Origin: a virus
IMG/VR virus record: IMGVR_UViG_3300024346_000015
Coordinates: 53,615-117,614 of that record
Reading direction: 5' to 3' (one strand)
DNA length: 64,000 bases
Shown one piece after another: positions 18,254 to 27,844 of this stretch. Position numbers and translations under genes: made by a program. The stretch's first letter is position 1. Each line of letters starts with the position of its first letter. Under the pieces are notes generated by a model that was not told where the DNA came from, did no database searches, and saw only the letters and a program-made list of their open reading frames with translations.

Positions 18254-18438
18254 ATTAAAAAATCTACCTTCGTCATATTTGTTTTAGTATCAATCTTACC
18301 ATTGTGGTCATATGTAGTGACCTCGTATGTCATCCTTTCCACCTTGAGTTTACCGTCACTGGTTTTACTGGTAGTCTCAACGTTGTACGAACGAGTAACG
18401 ACAGAGGTTGATGGACTTACTTGAACGATTTCACTCAC
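18250..18438 (-). CDS. Hypothetical protein
   Basis: Small ORF with overlapping start/stop in the operon. Confidence 0.55.
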   Translation of the reverse strand: MSEIVQVSPSTSVVTRSYNVETTSKTSDGKLKVERMTYEVTTYDHNGKIDTKTNMTKVDFLI

Positions 18439-19148
18439 GATGTGGTACTAGACGCAGTTCCCTGTACTTTTGTATAATAGGGATAGACAATTCTCAGGTG
18501 CATAAAGTTCTCTCTGCATATGAACGCATCATTAGGCCACATACCGACTTCCTTTACCTTATCTAGAAACTCCTTTGCGACTCTTGGATCTACCCAGTAA
18601 GCAGAACCACCCGCCAATCCTTGGGGTACCGGAGGTTCACCCGCTTCGTTTACTGTAGGTACAAACTTGATAGCGTTACTGTAGGACGCAGTTTCGTGGT
18701 ATCTTGCAGCCTTCCTTGTCGCACCACGTGGATCACATAATCCTACAATACCCAGACCTTTACGTAAACCAGTAAACTTACGAGTAAACATCGCGTCACT
18801 CTCAAGAACTAGACACGCACGATCTTCCTTGATGATCTCTTCCCAGACACGCATATGAGACACCGCACAAGCAATCACTTTAAGTTGATTCTCTGCACGG
18901 TACATCTTCTTGTAGACACCTGTCTGTAGATCGATACCCTCTTCATCCGGACTCATGGGCCAGTTCCAACGCCAATCATTGGAATCAAACATGATCATGT
19001 CTCTGATATCTTGTTCCATTGTTGCGGGAGTAGACGCACGGAAAATCTTCACATCAACATCCGACTCGGTGTCCTTGATACTCTTCCTCAAACGTTTGAT
19101 TTGATTCTGTTGTTCGCCCGTAACATTGATAACATATGCAGTTGTCAT
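18435..19148 (-). CDS. Glycosyltransferase family 25-like
   Basis: YVIN; ACAVSH..VW..I; LVLESDA; SAYWV.P..A; PNDA. Confidence 0.78.
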   Translation of the reverse strand: MTTAYVINVTGEQQNQIKRLRKSIKDTESDVDVKIFRASTPATMEQDIRDMIMFDSNDWRWNWPMSPDEEGIDLQTGVYKKMYRAENQLKVIACAVSHMRVWEEIIKEDRACLVLESDAMFTRKFTGLRKGLGIVGLCDPRGATRKAARYHETASYSNAIKFVPTVNEAGEPPVPQGLAGGSAYWVDPRVAKEFLDKVKEVGMWPNDAFICRENFMHLRIVYPYYTKVQGTASSTTS

Positions 19149-19723
19149 TAGATTCTCTCGATCATCATTGCGCCTACCCCAGTCTTAACCTCGGCAGTAA
19201 CCTTCCAAGGTTTACCCTCGATCCACTTATGTATCCCCGGCCCTATGGTCGATGGATTACCATTACATCTGGCAGTATCATGGAAGACAATCGCCTTCTT
19301 AACCTTGGTCGCATGTACCGCTAACTCTTTCTTCGTATGACGCCAATGGTGTAATGAATCTATCATTAGAACATCACAGTCACCAGCGGTCATCGGATTG
19401 TCTGAACCCGTCTCGTGTTGTACAATCTTGATACCATTCTTTTGAGCATAGTCTTCGAACAACTTACTGTTCTCTCTATAGAAGTCCAATGTCATATCTA
19501 CCAAGTGAACTGTCTTCGCACCATTCAACATTGCGGATGCGAGAGATGCACCTTGATGCACCCCCAGTTCCTTATAGACATCACCGCCACTCAAGACACC
19601 CTTGACCATATCGTGATGACTACAGTAATCTTGTCCTTGCGCCCTCTCTTGTTGGGTTCTAATTTCTTCGTAGAACTGTTTGAGATCCCTTGCGGTGATA
19701 ATGGATTTAATCATCGGATACAA
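19148..19723 (-). CDS. Class I SAM-dependent methyltransferase
   Basis: ELGVHQGAS; LMIDSLH; IVFHDT. Confidence 0.8.
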   Translation of the reverse strand: MYPMIKSIITARDLKQFYEEIRTQQERAQGQDYCSHHDMVKGVLSGGDVYKELGVHQGASLASAMLNGAKTVHLVDMTLDFYRENSKLFEDYAQKNGIKIVQHETGSDNPMTAGDCDVLMIDSLHHWRHTKKELAVHATKVKKAIVFHDTARCNGNPSTIGPGIHKWIEGKPWKVTAEVKTGVGAMMIERI

Positions 19724-19991
19724 TCAACTTAACAAACTCGACATCGACTACTGCACATTTGACACCTTCAAGTTCTACTGCAAACGCCTTTGTCCAATCT
19801 AAGTAAACCTTCTGTTTAGGAACGAGTCCTGCCTCTGCGACTGAAATAGATCCACTTGTCGCAAGAACGATTGCGGGTTTATTGCCCGTTGCGATATCGT
19901 TTTGTAGAATGATACCACCGGAAGTTTGTTCTTCCTTGGCTGCCTCTGTTACTAATATGTTATTACCTAGTACTTTCATTATAACTCCCAA
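19707..19991 (-). CDS. groES: GroES-like co-chaperonin (functional analogue of gp31)
   Basis: MKVLGN.ILV......TSGGIIL; V..G.KV; V.LEG. Confidence 0.75.
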   Translation of the reverse strand: MGVIMKVLGNNILVTEAAKEEQTSGGIILQNDIATGNKPAIVLATSGSISVAEAGLVPKQKVYLDWTKAFAVELEGVKCAVVDVEFVKLIVSDD

Positions 19992-20452
19992 CTTATGGTA
20001 GGACGTTGATCGCCTTTACCGTTCCAATGTATTGAACACCCACATTCTTCAATGATGGGGATGATCGCCTTTAAATTCTTTACGCCTGTCTTGTCTCCGT
20101 TAAAACAGAATGAACTACTGTCTTGTTCTTCAGGTGAGTAGGTTTCCATAGTACCTTCACCTTCGTACTCGTAGTCTTCCTCATCTTCTTCTTCCATGTC
20201 TTCCCACATATCTTCGTTCTCACAGTCTTGCTCGTGATTGAAGAGAACCTTGGTCAGATCAACATCTACGTATTCTATCTCGTTACCGTCTTTGTCCTTA
20301 GTGATGAGATAACCTTTATCATCATACTTAGCGTCAAAGTAATCAGGTATGTCCATCCATGCACACGACTGACAACATAGATGTCCCCATCCAACGTACC
20401 AGCCTTCTTCGGTCAAACGTTTCTGTAACTTTCTAAAACCATTCATCATCAT
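19979..20452 (-). CDS. Hypothetical protein
   Basis: CCQSCAW motif and an acidic stretch. Confidence 0.65.
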   Translation of the reverse strand: MMMNGFRKLQKRLTEEGWYVGWGHLCCQSCAWMDIPDYFDAKYDDKGYLITKDKDGNEIEYVDVDLTKVLFNHEQDCENEDMWEDMEEEDEEDYEYEGEGTMETYSPEEQDSSSFCFNGDKTGVKNLKAIIPIIEECGCSIHWNGKGDQRPTISWEL

Positions 20453-20485
20453 TCCTCATATTATAGGTGTCTATTATAACACACT

Positions 20486-20893
20486 TTAGTCCCAAAGTCC
20501 AGTATAATATTTACCAAATAACCGAAATCCGTTCTGAACACGTTTAGTTTTCTCTTCACTAAACTCCCACTCATCCATGTCATTGACCTTGGCGTCAAAT
20601 GCGTATATCATTTCGGACATGATCCAATCCCATCGATCGTGTACTGCATCTTCGTGTTCACCCTGTAACTCAAAGGGTACATCCGATTTATCGGTAATTG
20701 GTGATCCGTGTTTGGTCTTCGTTAGTTGCAACAACATAGGGAGTATTATATGTGCGAGCGTAGAGTCCATACTCCAAGTGTCATAGTTATCGATCCGGAT
20801 CTTTCTTTTCTGTTCCGGTGCATATCCGAACCACTTATAAAGATATGTGTTGTACCATCTCCACTCAGGGTATTTACCTATAGATACTTTCAT
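20486..20893 (-). CDS. Conserved hypothetical protein
   Basis: DTWSMD.TLA.II.P.L; RWDWI..EMI.AF; GFRLFGKYY..LWD. Confidence 0.7.
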   Translation of the reverse strand: MKVSIGKYPEWRWYNTYLYKWFGYAPEQKRKIRIDNYDTWSMDSTLAHIILPMLLQLTKTKHGSPITDKSDVPFELQGEHEDAVHDRWDWIMSEMIYAFDAKVNDMDEWEFSEEKTKRVQNGFRLFGKYYTGLWD

Positions 20894-21459
20894 TTCCTTG
20901 TACTCACTACTACTCTACTGTTACCGTGGCCCGCGTTCACATTGAATGTGATAACTTCTTCGAAACCCAACCCCTCGATAATGTTCAGGAACTCACCTTT
21001 ACTTATCTGTAACGGATCCATGTCAGATGACGTGTTGTCTGATCCTACCATCAACTCAACACAAAGAATACCATCCTCAGTCAGTTGGTCTGTCCATGTC
21101 CGTAAACACTTTTCAGGATCGTAAGAATGATCGAATGAGTTTGAGTATATCATGTTCCACTTACCAACCCACTCTTCCTTCACTTCATGAAAATCCCATT
21201 CGAACATATTGGAGATATCATTTGCGGTCGGAGATATATCAGTTCCAGCAACACACCCGTCAGGGTATTGATCGAGAAAGAATTGCAGTTCTCGACCGTT
21301 CCTTGCACCGTGACACAGAACACTATCGACATCCGGATACATGAGTTGTATCTTCTTTACGGTAGATTCACTACACCAGACCGCATGTAACTTCTTTATA
21401 TTTGCGTCTATCTGTAGTTGCTTATACTCTTCGTAGTTTTTATACTTCCATAGTTTCAT
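20890..21459 (-). CDS. Class I SAM-dependent methyltransferase (start refined to MKLWKY)
   Basis: LCHGARNG; YSNSFDHSYDP; ATGA overlap with the upstream gene. Confidence 0.75.
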   Translation of the reverse strand: MKLWKYKNYEEYKQLQIDANIKKLHAVWCSESTVKKIQLMYPDVDSVLCHGARNGRELQFFLDQYPDGCVAGTDISPTANDISNMFEWDFHEVKEEWVGKWNMIYSNSFDHSYDPEKCLRTWTDQLTEDGILCVELMVGSDNTSSDMDPLQISKGEFLNIIEGLGFEEVITFNVNAGHGNSRVVVSTRK

Positions 21460-22241
21460 ATCTGTGACATCAGTAGTTCGACATTCTCGCCCCGCTCGGG
21501 AAGTTTGTCTTTCAGGAAAAAGTGAATAAAGTGACATTCATCGATCTTTGTATTGGCGGTATAGAGACCGTTCCACACGTCACTCAAGTGTCTAGTCGGG
21601 ATCTTGTATTTCTTCAAGAAGAAGTTTAGTAGGGTCTGGTCGGTACTCCACTTCCAAGAACCGATACCATCAACAAACTCTTTGAACTCCATACGGTTCA
21701 AGAACTGTTTGGCTGTCTGTCCTTTAAGGAATGGTTTGAATTTCTCAACGTTGATCACCATCAATCCCATGTTAAAGAACTCGAATCCTCGATCATTGGG
21801 TTTGAAGTCTGTCTTGTTAGAGTGTAACTGTGAGTACTGCATATGACTGTAGTTTCGGATCTTATCGACATACTGCGGAGTGATAGACATCTCACGTTCA
21901 GATACCGCAGCAAAGGCACAGTTGCAATCAAACTCATCTAGAATGTTGGGAGCAGTGTCACGGATATAGATGTCAGCGTCAATGATTATCAAACGGTCAT
22001 ACCCATCCATCATATCAAACGCATTCTCCTTCTCGTAGATAGGGAGATAACCACCGTGTTTCTTATATGAATCTTCACTACGATTGGTGAAGAATGGGTC
22101 GGGTGCGATCATTAGTTTGGGTGTAGTCTGAACAAAGTGATCAAACCCTAACCTCTCACAATAGTCATGAACACTGCGAATACAGTGTTGATATAACTTA
22201 GACGGTCTTCCCACCGAAACTTGATATACTAGTGTCTTCAT
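21456..22241 (-). CDS. GT-A glycosyltransferase (GT8-like)
   Basis: IIDADIY; FNMGLMV; DQTLLN; HFIHF. Confidence 0.8.
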   Translation of the reverse strand: MKTLVYQVSVGRPSKLYQHCIRSVHDYCERLGFDHFVQTTPKLMIAPDPFFTNRSEDSYKKHGGYLPIYEKENAFDMMDGYDRLIIIDADIYIRDTAPNILDEFDCNCAFAAVSEREMSITPQYVDKIRNYSHMQYSQLHSNKTDFKPNDRGFEFFNMGLMVINVEKFKPFLKGQTAKQFLNRMEFKEFVDGIGSWKWSTDQTLLNFFLKKYKIPTRHLSDVWNGLYTANTKIDECHFIHFFLKDKLPERGENVELLMSQI

Positions 22242-22936
22242 TTTATTTTACCATCAGCCTTAAATAACGAAACGTGCTCTTTACCATGTTCTATTGTAGT
22301 ACCTATATGTGCATGAACTATCTGTCTACAATACTTTATATTCTTAACCTTACTTATCTTCGGTTGTCTAGGGTCTGACACATCATGCGAGATATCAGAC
22401 AACAGATTCTCAAGGACACCGTCTACATTATGTTTAACACCCGTTTTCCATATTGGTTGTTCGAGTATCCATTTTGCCATCGGACTTGTCATATACATTG
22501 CGGTACACGCCAGTTTTACAAGTCTACCTGTAGGTGCCACTTGGTGACCTAATAACGACCATTCCAAGTCCAGCAATAACAGTTTAGGTATGTAATGCAG
22601 GAGTTCAGTGTCATGTTCGCATACAATTCCACTCTCACCCGAATCAGCGATCATCTGGATCGCCTTTAAATAACTATAGAATATAGATCTCTCGGTCGGG
22701 GTGTGATCTCTATGTGGTACCTTAAAGTCCTTCTTATTGAACTTAATCCAGTTGTGCGGAGGCTTACCTTCCGTTGCCGGAGTTATCGCCTCAACACTCA
22801 CCACCTCGTGATCGTGATCCCACCAAGTCGGTTCAGATAGTTCTCGATAATATTGAGAGATCTCATTATCACTGATAGATATCTGATATACTTTTACTCT
22901 ATGTCCTGTAATCTTCAAGGTCAAATTCCGTACCAT
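22238..22936 (-). CDS. GT25-like glycosyltransferase
   Basis: IVCEHDT; TAMYMT...A. Confidence 0.55.
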   Translation of the reverse strand: MVRNLTLKITGHRVKVYQISISDNEISQYYRELSEPTWWDHDHEVVSVEAITPATEGKPPHNWIKFNKKDFKVPHRDHTPTERSIFYSYLKAIQMIADSGESGIVCEHDTELLHYIPKLLLLDLEWSLLGHQVAPTGRLVKLACTAMYMTSPMAKWILEQPIWKTGVKHNVDGVLENLLSDISHDVSDPRQPKISKVKNIKYCRQIVHAHIGTTIEHGKEHVSLFKADGKIK

Positions 22937-23864
22937 GCATCTTCATTAAGTCACGTTCATGGTTAGTATACACTAAAACTTCGGGATCGTCAAGCAGAAA
23001 ATCACATGTTTTACAATAATCTGGATAATTCTTAGTTGTATGCATGTCACGTAGTTCTGTGTATTGAGGGCCATCCCAGATCTCTTGGATAGTATTCTCA
23101 GACGTATGACCCAGTACCGCCTCTTCGTCTTGACCCAGTACTTGACAACAAGGGGCAACCGCACCCGTCTTACCGTCCAGTCCACCGGCACGAATCACAA
23201 CATCCGGAGAGAATGGTCGTCCACAAGTTTTGACCTCACCTTTACGTTCGTTCTGTTTGATGTCATATACACCAGACCAGTTGTGCATCTTCCAGATCTC
23301 GGTCTTCACCCCCAGATCATCTACCAACTCTTTATACGCATCTAGTTCATTGTCTAGGTTGTCGTTATCGGTAATCAGATGATAGGTTGCAACAGTACAA
23401 TCTGATCCAGTCTTCTCGACATACTCTTGCATCTCTCGTATGTTCTTACAGATCAAATCGTAGTTACCACCTTGAGTGTTATACATCCACTCGTTGTACT
23501 TCTCTTTGTTGTATCCAATAAAAGAAAAACGATAGAAGTCTAGTCCAGCGTCTACACAATCTTCCATGAACTTACCGTGCATACGGAAACCGTTAGAGAA
23601 CATGAAACACTTAGCTCCATACTTCTTAACGATCTTGATGTACTCAGGTAGTTGACGGTTCAGGGTAGGTTCACCCGATCCTTCTAGGTTTACAACACGC
23701 AATCCATGTTGGGCGCAATCACGAACATTGTCTTCAAACTCTAACAAGTTCATCTTACGTAGGAAACGTTTGTCACGTCCACCTGTACGCATATCCTGTG
23801 GACACATCGTACAAGAGTAGTTACACCCACCATTAATCTCTATTACTGCTCTATCTATCTTCAC
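22899..23864 (-). CDS. Radical SAM protein with SPASM/twitch domain
   Basis: CNYSCTMC (CxxxCxxC); GSGEPTL; C-terminal CGRPF, PCC, C..C; TATAAATA at 23889-23896. Confidence 0.9.
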   Translation of the reverse strand: MKIDRAVIEINGGCNYSCTMCPQDMRTGGRDKRFLRKMNLLEFEDNVRDCAQHGLRVVNLEGSGEPTLNRQLPEYIKIVKKYGAKCFMFSNGFRMHGKFMEDCVDAGLDFYRFSFIGYNKEKYNEWMYNTQGGNYDLICKNIREMQEYVEKTGSDCTVATYHLITDNDNLDNELDAYKELVDDLGVKTEIWKMHNWSGVYDIKQNERKGEVKTCGRPFSPDVVIRAGGLDGKTGAVAPCCQVLGQDEEAVLGHTSENTIQEIWDGPQYTELRDMHTTKNYPDYCKTCDFLLDDPEVLVYTNHERDLMKMHGTEFDLEDYRT

Positions 23865-23897
23865 TCTTTTTCTCCAATATGGGGAATATATTTATAG

Positions 23898-24515
23898 TTA
23901 CTTTATCTCAAATATCCAACTGGTATCCATGAATACCTTATCGGGTTCCCCTAACATTGCATGTACTGCCTCGACCACTTCCGGCCATCCTTGTGGATCA
24001 TAGTCGTGACCAGCAATGAACCCACCCTTTTTTAGTTTGGGTAAGTACAGTTGAATATCTAAACATACGGAATCGTAAGTGTGGTCTGCGTCTATATAGA
24101 TGAAGTCAAAGAACTCGTCTTCGAACAACTCTACCGCAGATTTGGATTTCCCACGAATGACATGGAATTTTTGATGACAGTAGTCAGGTACACTCGGCCC
24201 ATACATTCTAGTATTGTAATTAAACTCATCACGAATGTCTTTCCAAGTTAACTCTACGTCATCGTTTCTAACTTTATACTCATCGTCAGGGCCTGCCCAA
24301 GGATCTACTGCATAGAATCCAGATGTCCACAATCCACTTGCAAGAAACATTTGAGTAGACTCACCCATGAATGACCCGATCTCGATACCTTTATACTCTT
24401 TTTTGTTAGGTCGGTTCTCGTGATAATAGGATATCAATTGAGTTAACCCCAAGTACTGGTGATTGACTTTAGGGTTTATCCATTCTGGCGGTGGTCTATA
24501 TCTCATGTATCCCAT
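23898..24515 (-). CDS. Class I SAM methyltransferase (Methyltransf_24-like)
   Basis: IEIGSFMGES; FIYIDADHTY; LKKGG.IAGHDY. Confidence 0.88.
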   Translation of the reverse strand: MGYMRYRPPPEWINPKVNHQYLGLTQLISYYHENRPNKKEYKGIEIGSFMGESTQMFLASGLWTSGFYAVDPWAGPDDEYKVRNDDVELTWKDIRDEFNYNTRMYGPSVPDYCHQKFHVIRGKSKSAVELFEDEFFDFIYIDADHTYDSVCLDIQLYLPKLKKGGFIAGHDYDPQGWPEVVEAVHAMLGEPDKVFMDTSWIFEIK

Positions 24516-24521
24516 AACACT

Positions 24522-25382
24522 TTACTCTTTTTTAATTAATCTCAATATTCTCTTTCTGTATGATATGGTCTTCTTCTTGGTGTGACCTAACATCAATTTG
24601 ACATCCTTTACCCAAAACCATATATTCGTTTTTGCCTTTCCGGAAGCTGAAGCACGTACAGCATTCGGTGTGTGATATTTCGTAATTCCTTCATCACTAG
24701 ATACTATCATAGGAATACACGCATTCCTCGCTATGTAATGCCACATACCATCGTAACATAACACCATACGACTAGTATTGATATGAAACATCGCTTCTCT
24801 AACCGGAGTTCTGTAGGTCAATTCTACTACATGTAATCCGGCTTGGCGGAGAAGCCCTAGTATAACATCCCAGTCATCATTTGTCAAGAGCCTTTTCCAT
24901 AATCTTGGAATTTCTGCATTATGCAGTGGTCTCCATATAACAACCTTCATTCGATTGTAATAAAGTGGCGCATTAACACCGGATATATCGTTTCGGAATA
25001 ACCAGTCGTTATCCGGTGCCTTACCACCAGACTTTTTAGGCCCATCGTGTACGTGACCGTCCTCAAACCAGAATCTATTCTTCTCTTTCAGGTTCTTCTG
25101 ATCTTCGTCATTATAGAAGTATCGAGTACCTTCACGTTGATCGAACAGGTGAGTAACTCTTACTCGATCCTTGTCCATATACAGATTGTGAATATACTCC
25201 AGTCTTTCTATAATGGTCTCTTCTTCTTCAAAATGGTGTAGATGGTCAGGCCCGTGTGGCCAATGAAACTCAAGGTTTATAATCAGGTCGTTCTTCTGAG
25301 CGTGTAGGTGACACGAATTCAACGCCCACATAAAGTCACCTACGCCAGGTGTACCACGCCAAGTTGCCTTGATCTCTTTCAT
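24522..25382 (-). CDS. GT-B glycosyltransferase-like (GT9-like) protein
   Basis: GVGDF N-terminal motif; LCYDGMWHYIA. Confidence 0.5.
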   Translation of the reverse strand: MKEIKATWRGTPGVGDFMWALNSCHLHAQKNDLIINLEFHWPHGPDHLHHFEEEETIIERLEYIHNLYMDKDRVRVTHLFDQREGTRYFYNDEDQKNLKEKNRFWFEDGHVHDGPKKSGGKAPDNDWLFRNDISGVNAPLYYNRMKVVIWRPLHNAEIPRLWKRLLTNDDWDVILGLLRQAGLHVVELTYRTPVREAMFHINTSRMVLCYDGMWHYIARNACIPMIVSSDEGITKYHTPNAVRASASGKAKTNIWFWVKDVKLMLGHTKKKTISYRKRILRLIKKE

Positions 25383-25727
25383 CTACTTTCGCTTAGCTAA
25401 TGCTTCTTTACCATAGAACGCGGCAACGATTGCAGCGACAGATACAAAGTATGTCGGTGCCATATCACCCAGAGTCTTACCCGCATTATCTAATCCTACA
25501 ATCTCACAGAACACAACCAGAGACGGATACAACAACATACCGAACAAGGCAAACCATGCCATGTTACGTTGTGCATCACGCATTGCATCCGCATCTTCGA
25601 GTTCTTTGCGTTTAAACTCCAGATGCATTAATAGTTCCTTTTCGGAAACATGACCGTCACCGTTGACATCTGCACCGGCAAGGGTACCATCACTATCGAC
25701 AGTTATACTTCTCTTATCTTCTGACAT
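25383..25727 (-). CDS. Two-TM membrane protein with EF-hand-like loop (holin candidate)
   Basis: DVNGDGHVS..E; two hydrophobic helices. Confidence 0.65.
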   Translation of the reverse strand: MSEDKRSITVDSDGTLAGADVNGDGHVSEKELLMHLEFKRKELEDADAMRDAQRNMAWFALFGMLLYPSLVVFCEIVGLDNAGKTLGDMAPTYFVSVAAIVAAFYGKEALAKRK

Positions 25728-25728
25728 C

Positions 25729-27201
25729 TTAAAATACCTTTACTTTATATTTCTGTTCCCATAACCTAGCGTCATGTTCGTTGTTGACCATAGGTCTTCC
25801 CCGTATGTTCAATGATGTATTTAGTAACATAGGAACTCCGGTTCTTTCATAGTACTCTTCGATAACCTTTCTGAACACTGACTGACAATCTTTCTTTACG
25901 ACTTGTACTCGTGCAGTACCGTCTACGTGTGTGACAGACTTGTAGTCATGTTTTGCGGTAGACGTGTATTGCATGTACTCGTTCATAGGGCCATCAAAGT
26001 ACTCCTCTGCATACTCCTCTAGGATAGCAGGGGCGAATGGACGGTACTTCTGTCTGCGTTTGATAGTGTTGACTGTGTCCTTTACGTCATATCTCACGTC
26101 TGCAATCAGAGACCGATTACCTAACGCACGTGGGCCAAACTCTGCCCTACCGTTCGCCAGACCGCATACTTTCTTGTCTAAGAGGTGATCGACTACTTCC
26201 GTAGGGTTTATGTCTCTTTCTATATTGTAACCAAGATATGGTGTCCATACCAACTGATCTTTTCCGGTTGCTTGACTCCACGCATGGGCCGCACATCCTA
26301 ACGATGATCCCGCATCTGTAGGAGATACCGCAATGTGAACATCATCGAATAGTTCTGGTAGTCTTGAATTGATAACAACATTCTGAGCGCAACCACCAGA
26401 GTAAACAAGTTTGTTACCGTACTGACGTGCCTTCGTCATGATTTCCATAATCGCCCACTCTGCAAACTTCTGTACAGTCATTGCAAAGTCACGGTGTTCC
26501 ATACCACCGTTTAGTCTCTTCTCCATGATCTTCCACATTCGAGCTCTCTCGATCTCAGACAGTGAGGTTCGTTCTGCATTAATAACGTTACCCATGGCGA
26601 TGTCGGCATTGACATCAGGTTGTTCTTGATACCAGTCCTTCAGGTCATAGAATAACTGTTCGTTCGGAACGCCATAAGAACTTAGTCCCATAACAACATA
26701 CTCGTCCTCAAGTGGACGCAAACCCAACAGTTTTGTGGCGGCCGTGTAGACTAATCCTACGGACTTAGGATATGTTTGTTCATACACTAGATTGAAGTTA
26801 CTGTCTAGGATGACAGTTGTTTGATGTTCCCCCACGCCATCGATCGATACCATAACTGTAGAGTCACGGTCTTTCCAAGGTCGTGTATAAAATGCACCAG
26901 CACAATGAGAAACGTGGTGAGACGTGAATGTGTCTGGCTCAGGGAAGTAGTGTTCTGATTTGACTTTTAATAGTGCGTCAGTGAAGGGTCGCCTTATTTC
27001 ATTCTTTAAGTCGGTGTCTTCATAAAAGGATATGTGGTCGGACTTTTTGTGATAATCCCACAAGGACTGTGGGATCCACGCTGTATTTTTATTTTGATCA
27101 AAACGTTCGGCATGGGACGCAAATTCAATCGTCCCATCCTCGTTTATTATTGATAATCCGGCATCATGATAGTTTTGCGAGTATCCGGTATAACGGGTCA
27201 T
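25729..27201 (-). CDS. O-carbamoyltransferase (NodU/CmcH family)
   Basis: YHDAG; HH.SH; DGVGE; GRAEFGPRALGNRS; RPFAP; HVDGTARVQ; LLNTSLN. Confidence 0.93.
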   Translation of the reverse strand: MTRYTGYSQNYHDAGLSIINEDGTIEFASHAERFDQNKNTAWIPQSLWDYHKKSDHISFYEDTDLKNEIRRPFTDALLKVKSEHYFPEPDTFTSHHVSHCAGAFYTRPWKDRDSTVMVSIDGVGEHQTTVILDSNFNLVYEQTYPKSVGLVYTAATKLLGLRPLEDEYVVMGLSSYGVPNEQLFYDLKDWYQEQPDVNADIAMGNVINAERTSLSEIERARMWKIMEKRLNGGMEHRDFAMTVQKFAEWAIMEIMTKARQYGNKLVYSGGCAQNVVINSRLPELFDDVHIAVSPTDAGSSLGCAAHAWSQATGKDQLVWTPYLGYNIERDINPTEVVDHLLDKKVCGLANGRAEFGPRALGNRSLIADVRYDVKDTVNTIKRRQKYRPFAPAILEEYAEEYFDGPMNEYMQYTSTAKHDYKSVTHVDGTARVQVVKKDCQSVFRKVIEEYYERTGVPMLLNTSLNIRGRPMVNNEHDARLWEQKYKVKVF

Positions 27202-27782
27202 TACCCCTCCAAGTATTCGTAGACCTCCTTCCAGTTCTTCATTAGAGGGAAATCAGTGTTATCCATGTTGTAAGCATGTTCTATTAGTATACTATCTAGA
27301 CCTAACTTATCACCGACTTCTGCATTCTCAACCTTGTCCTCGATCCAAGTCAAACCACTGTCAGCATAGGGGATCAAAGCATCGTCCTTGTCAGCACCAG
27401 TGTCCAGACATACAACCTTCGCAAAGGCAGTCTCACCGAACAACTTCTTTAGGTTCTCTTCACGCAGACGGGCCGCATGTGGGTCAAGACTCAGACTAGT
27501 AATCGCATGGAACACATAACCGTGTTCTTCGTGTAACTTACGTACATAGTGAATCGCGTCACGTAGTGGCGGAAGGAACCCAATCGCCGCACTCTCGTTG
27601 AAGTGACGAACCATCTTCTTACTCTCGGCTCGTTCCATATCAAATATCTTATCTACATTGTAGACATCAGGGTCTTTTACGTTGTAACCCTTTTGTTCCA
27701 TCCAGACCTTGAACGCATATCCCCAGTTCAGGAGAACACCGTCAACATCGGTCAGAATAACTTTTTCGTAATCTTTGTGCAT
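27201..27782 (-). CDS. HAD-family 5'-nucleotidase-like protein (T4 30.2-like)
   Basis: LTDVDGVLL motif I; WIEDK motif IV; start refined to MHKDYEK. Confidence 0.82.
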   Translation of the reverse strand: MHKDYEKVILTDVDGVLLNWGYAFKVWMEQKGYNVKDPDVYNVDKIFDMERAESKKMVRHFNESAAIGFLPPLRDAIHYVRKLHEEHGYVFHAITSLSLDPHAARLREENLKKLFGETAFAKVVCLDTGADKDDALIPYADSGLTWIEDKVENAEVGDKLGLDSILIEHAYNMDNTDFPLMKNWKEVYEYLEG

Positions 27783-27812
27783 CTTTCCTCTCTTTCTCTC
27801 AGTTAGGTACCC

Positions 27813-27841
27813 ATTATATGACATTGGGCATCTTTTGTCAA
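27813..27841 (-). promoter_or_regulatory. Perfect sigma70 promoter TTGACA-N17-TATAAT
   Basis: Exact consensus. Confidence 0.88.
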
Positions 27842-27844
27842 GCG

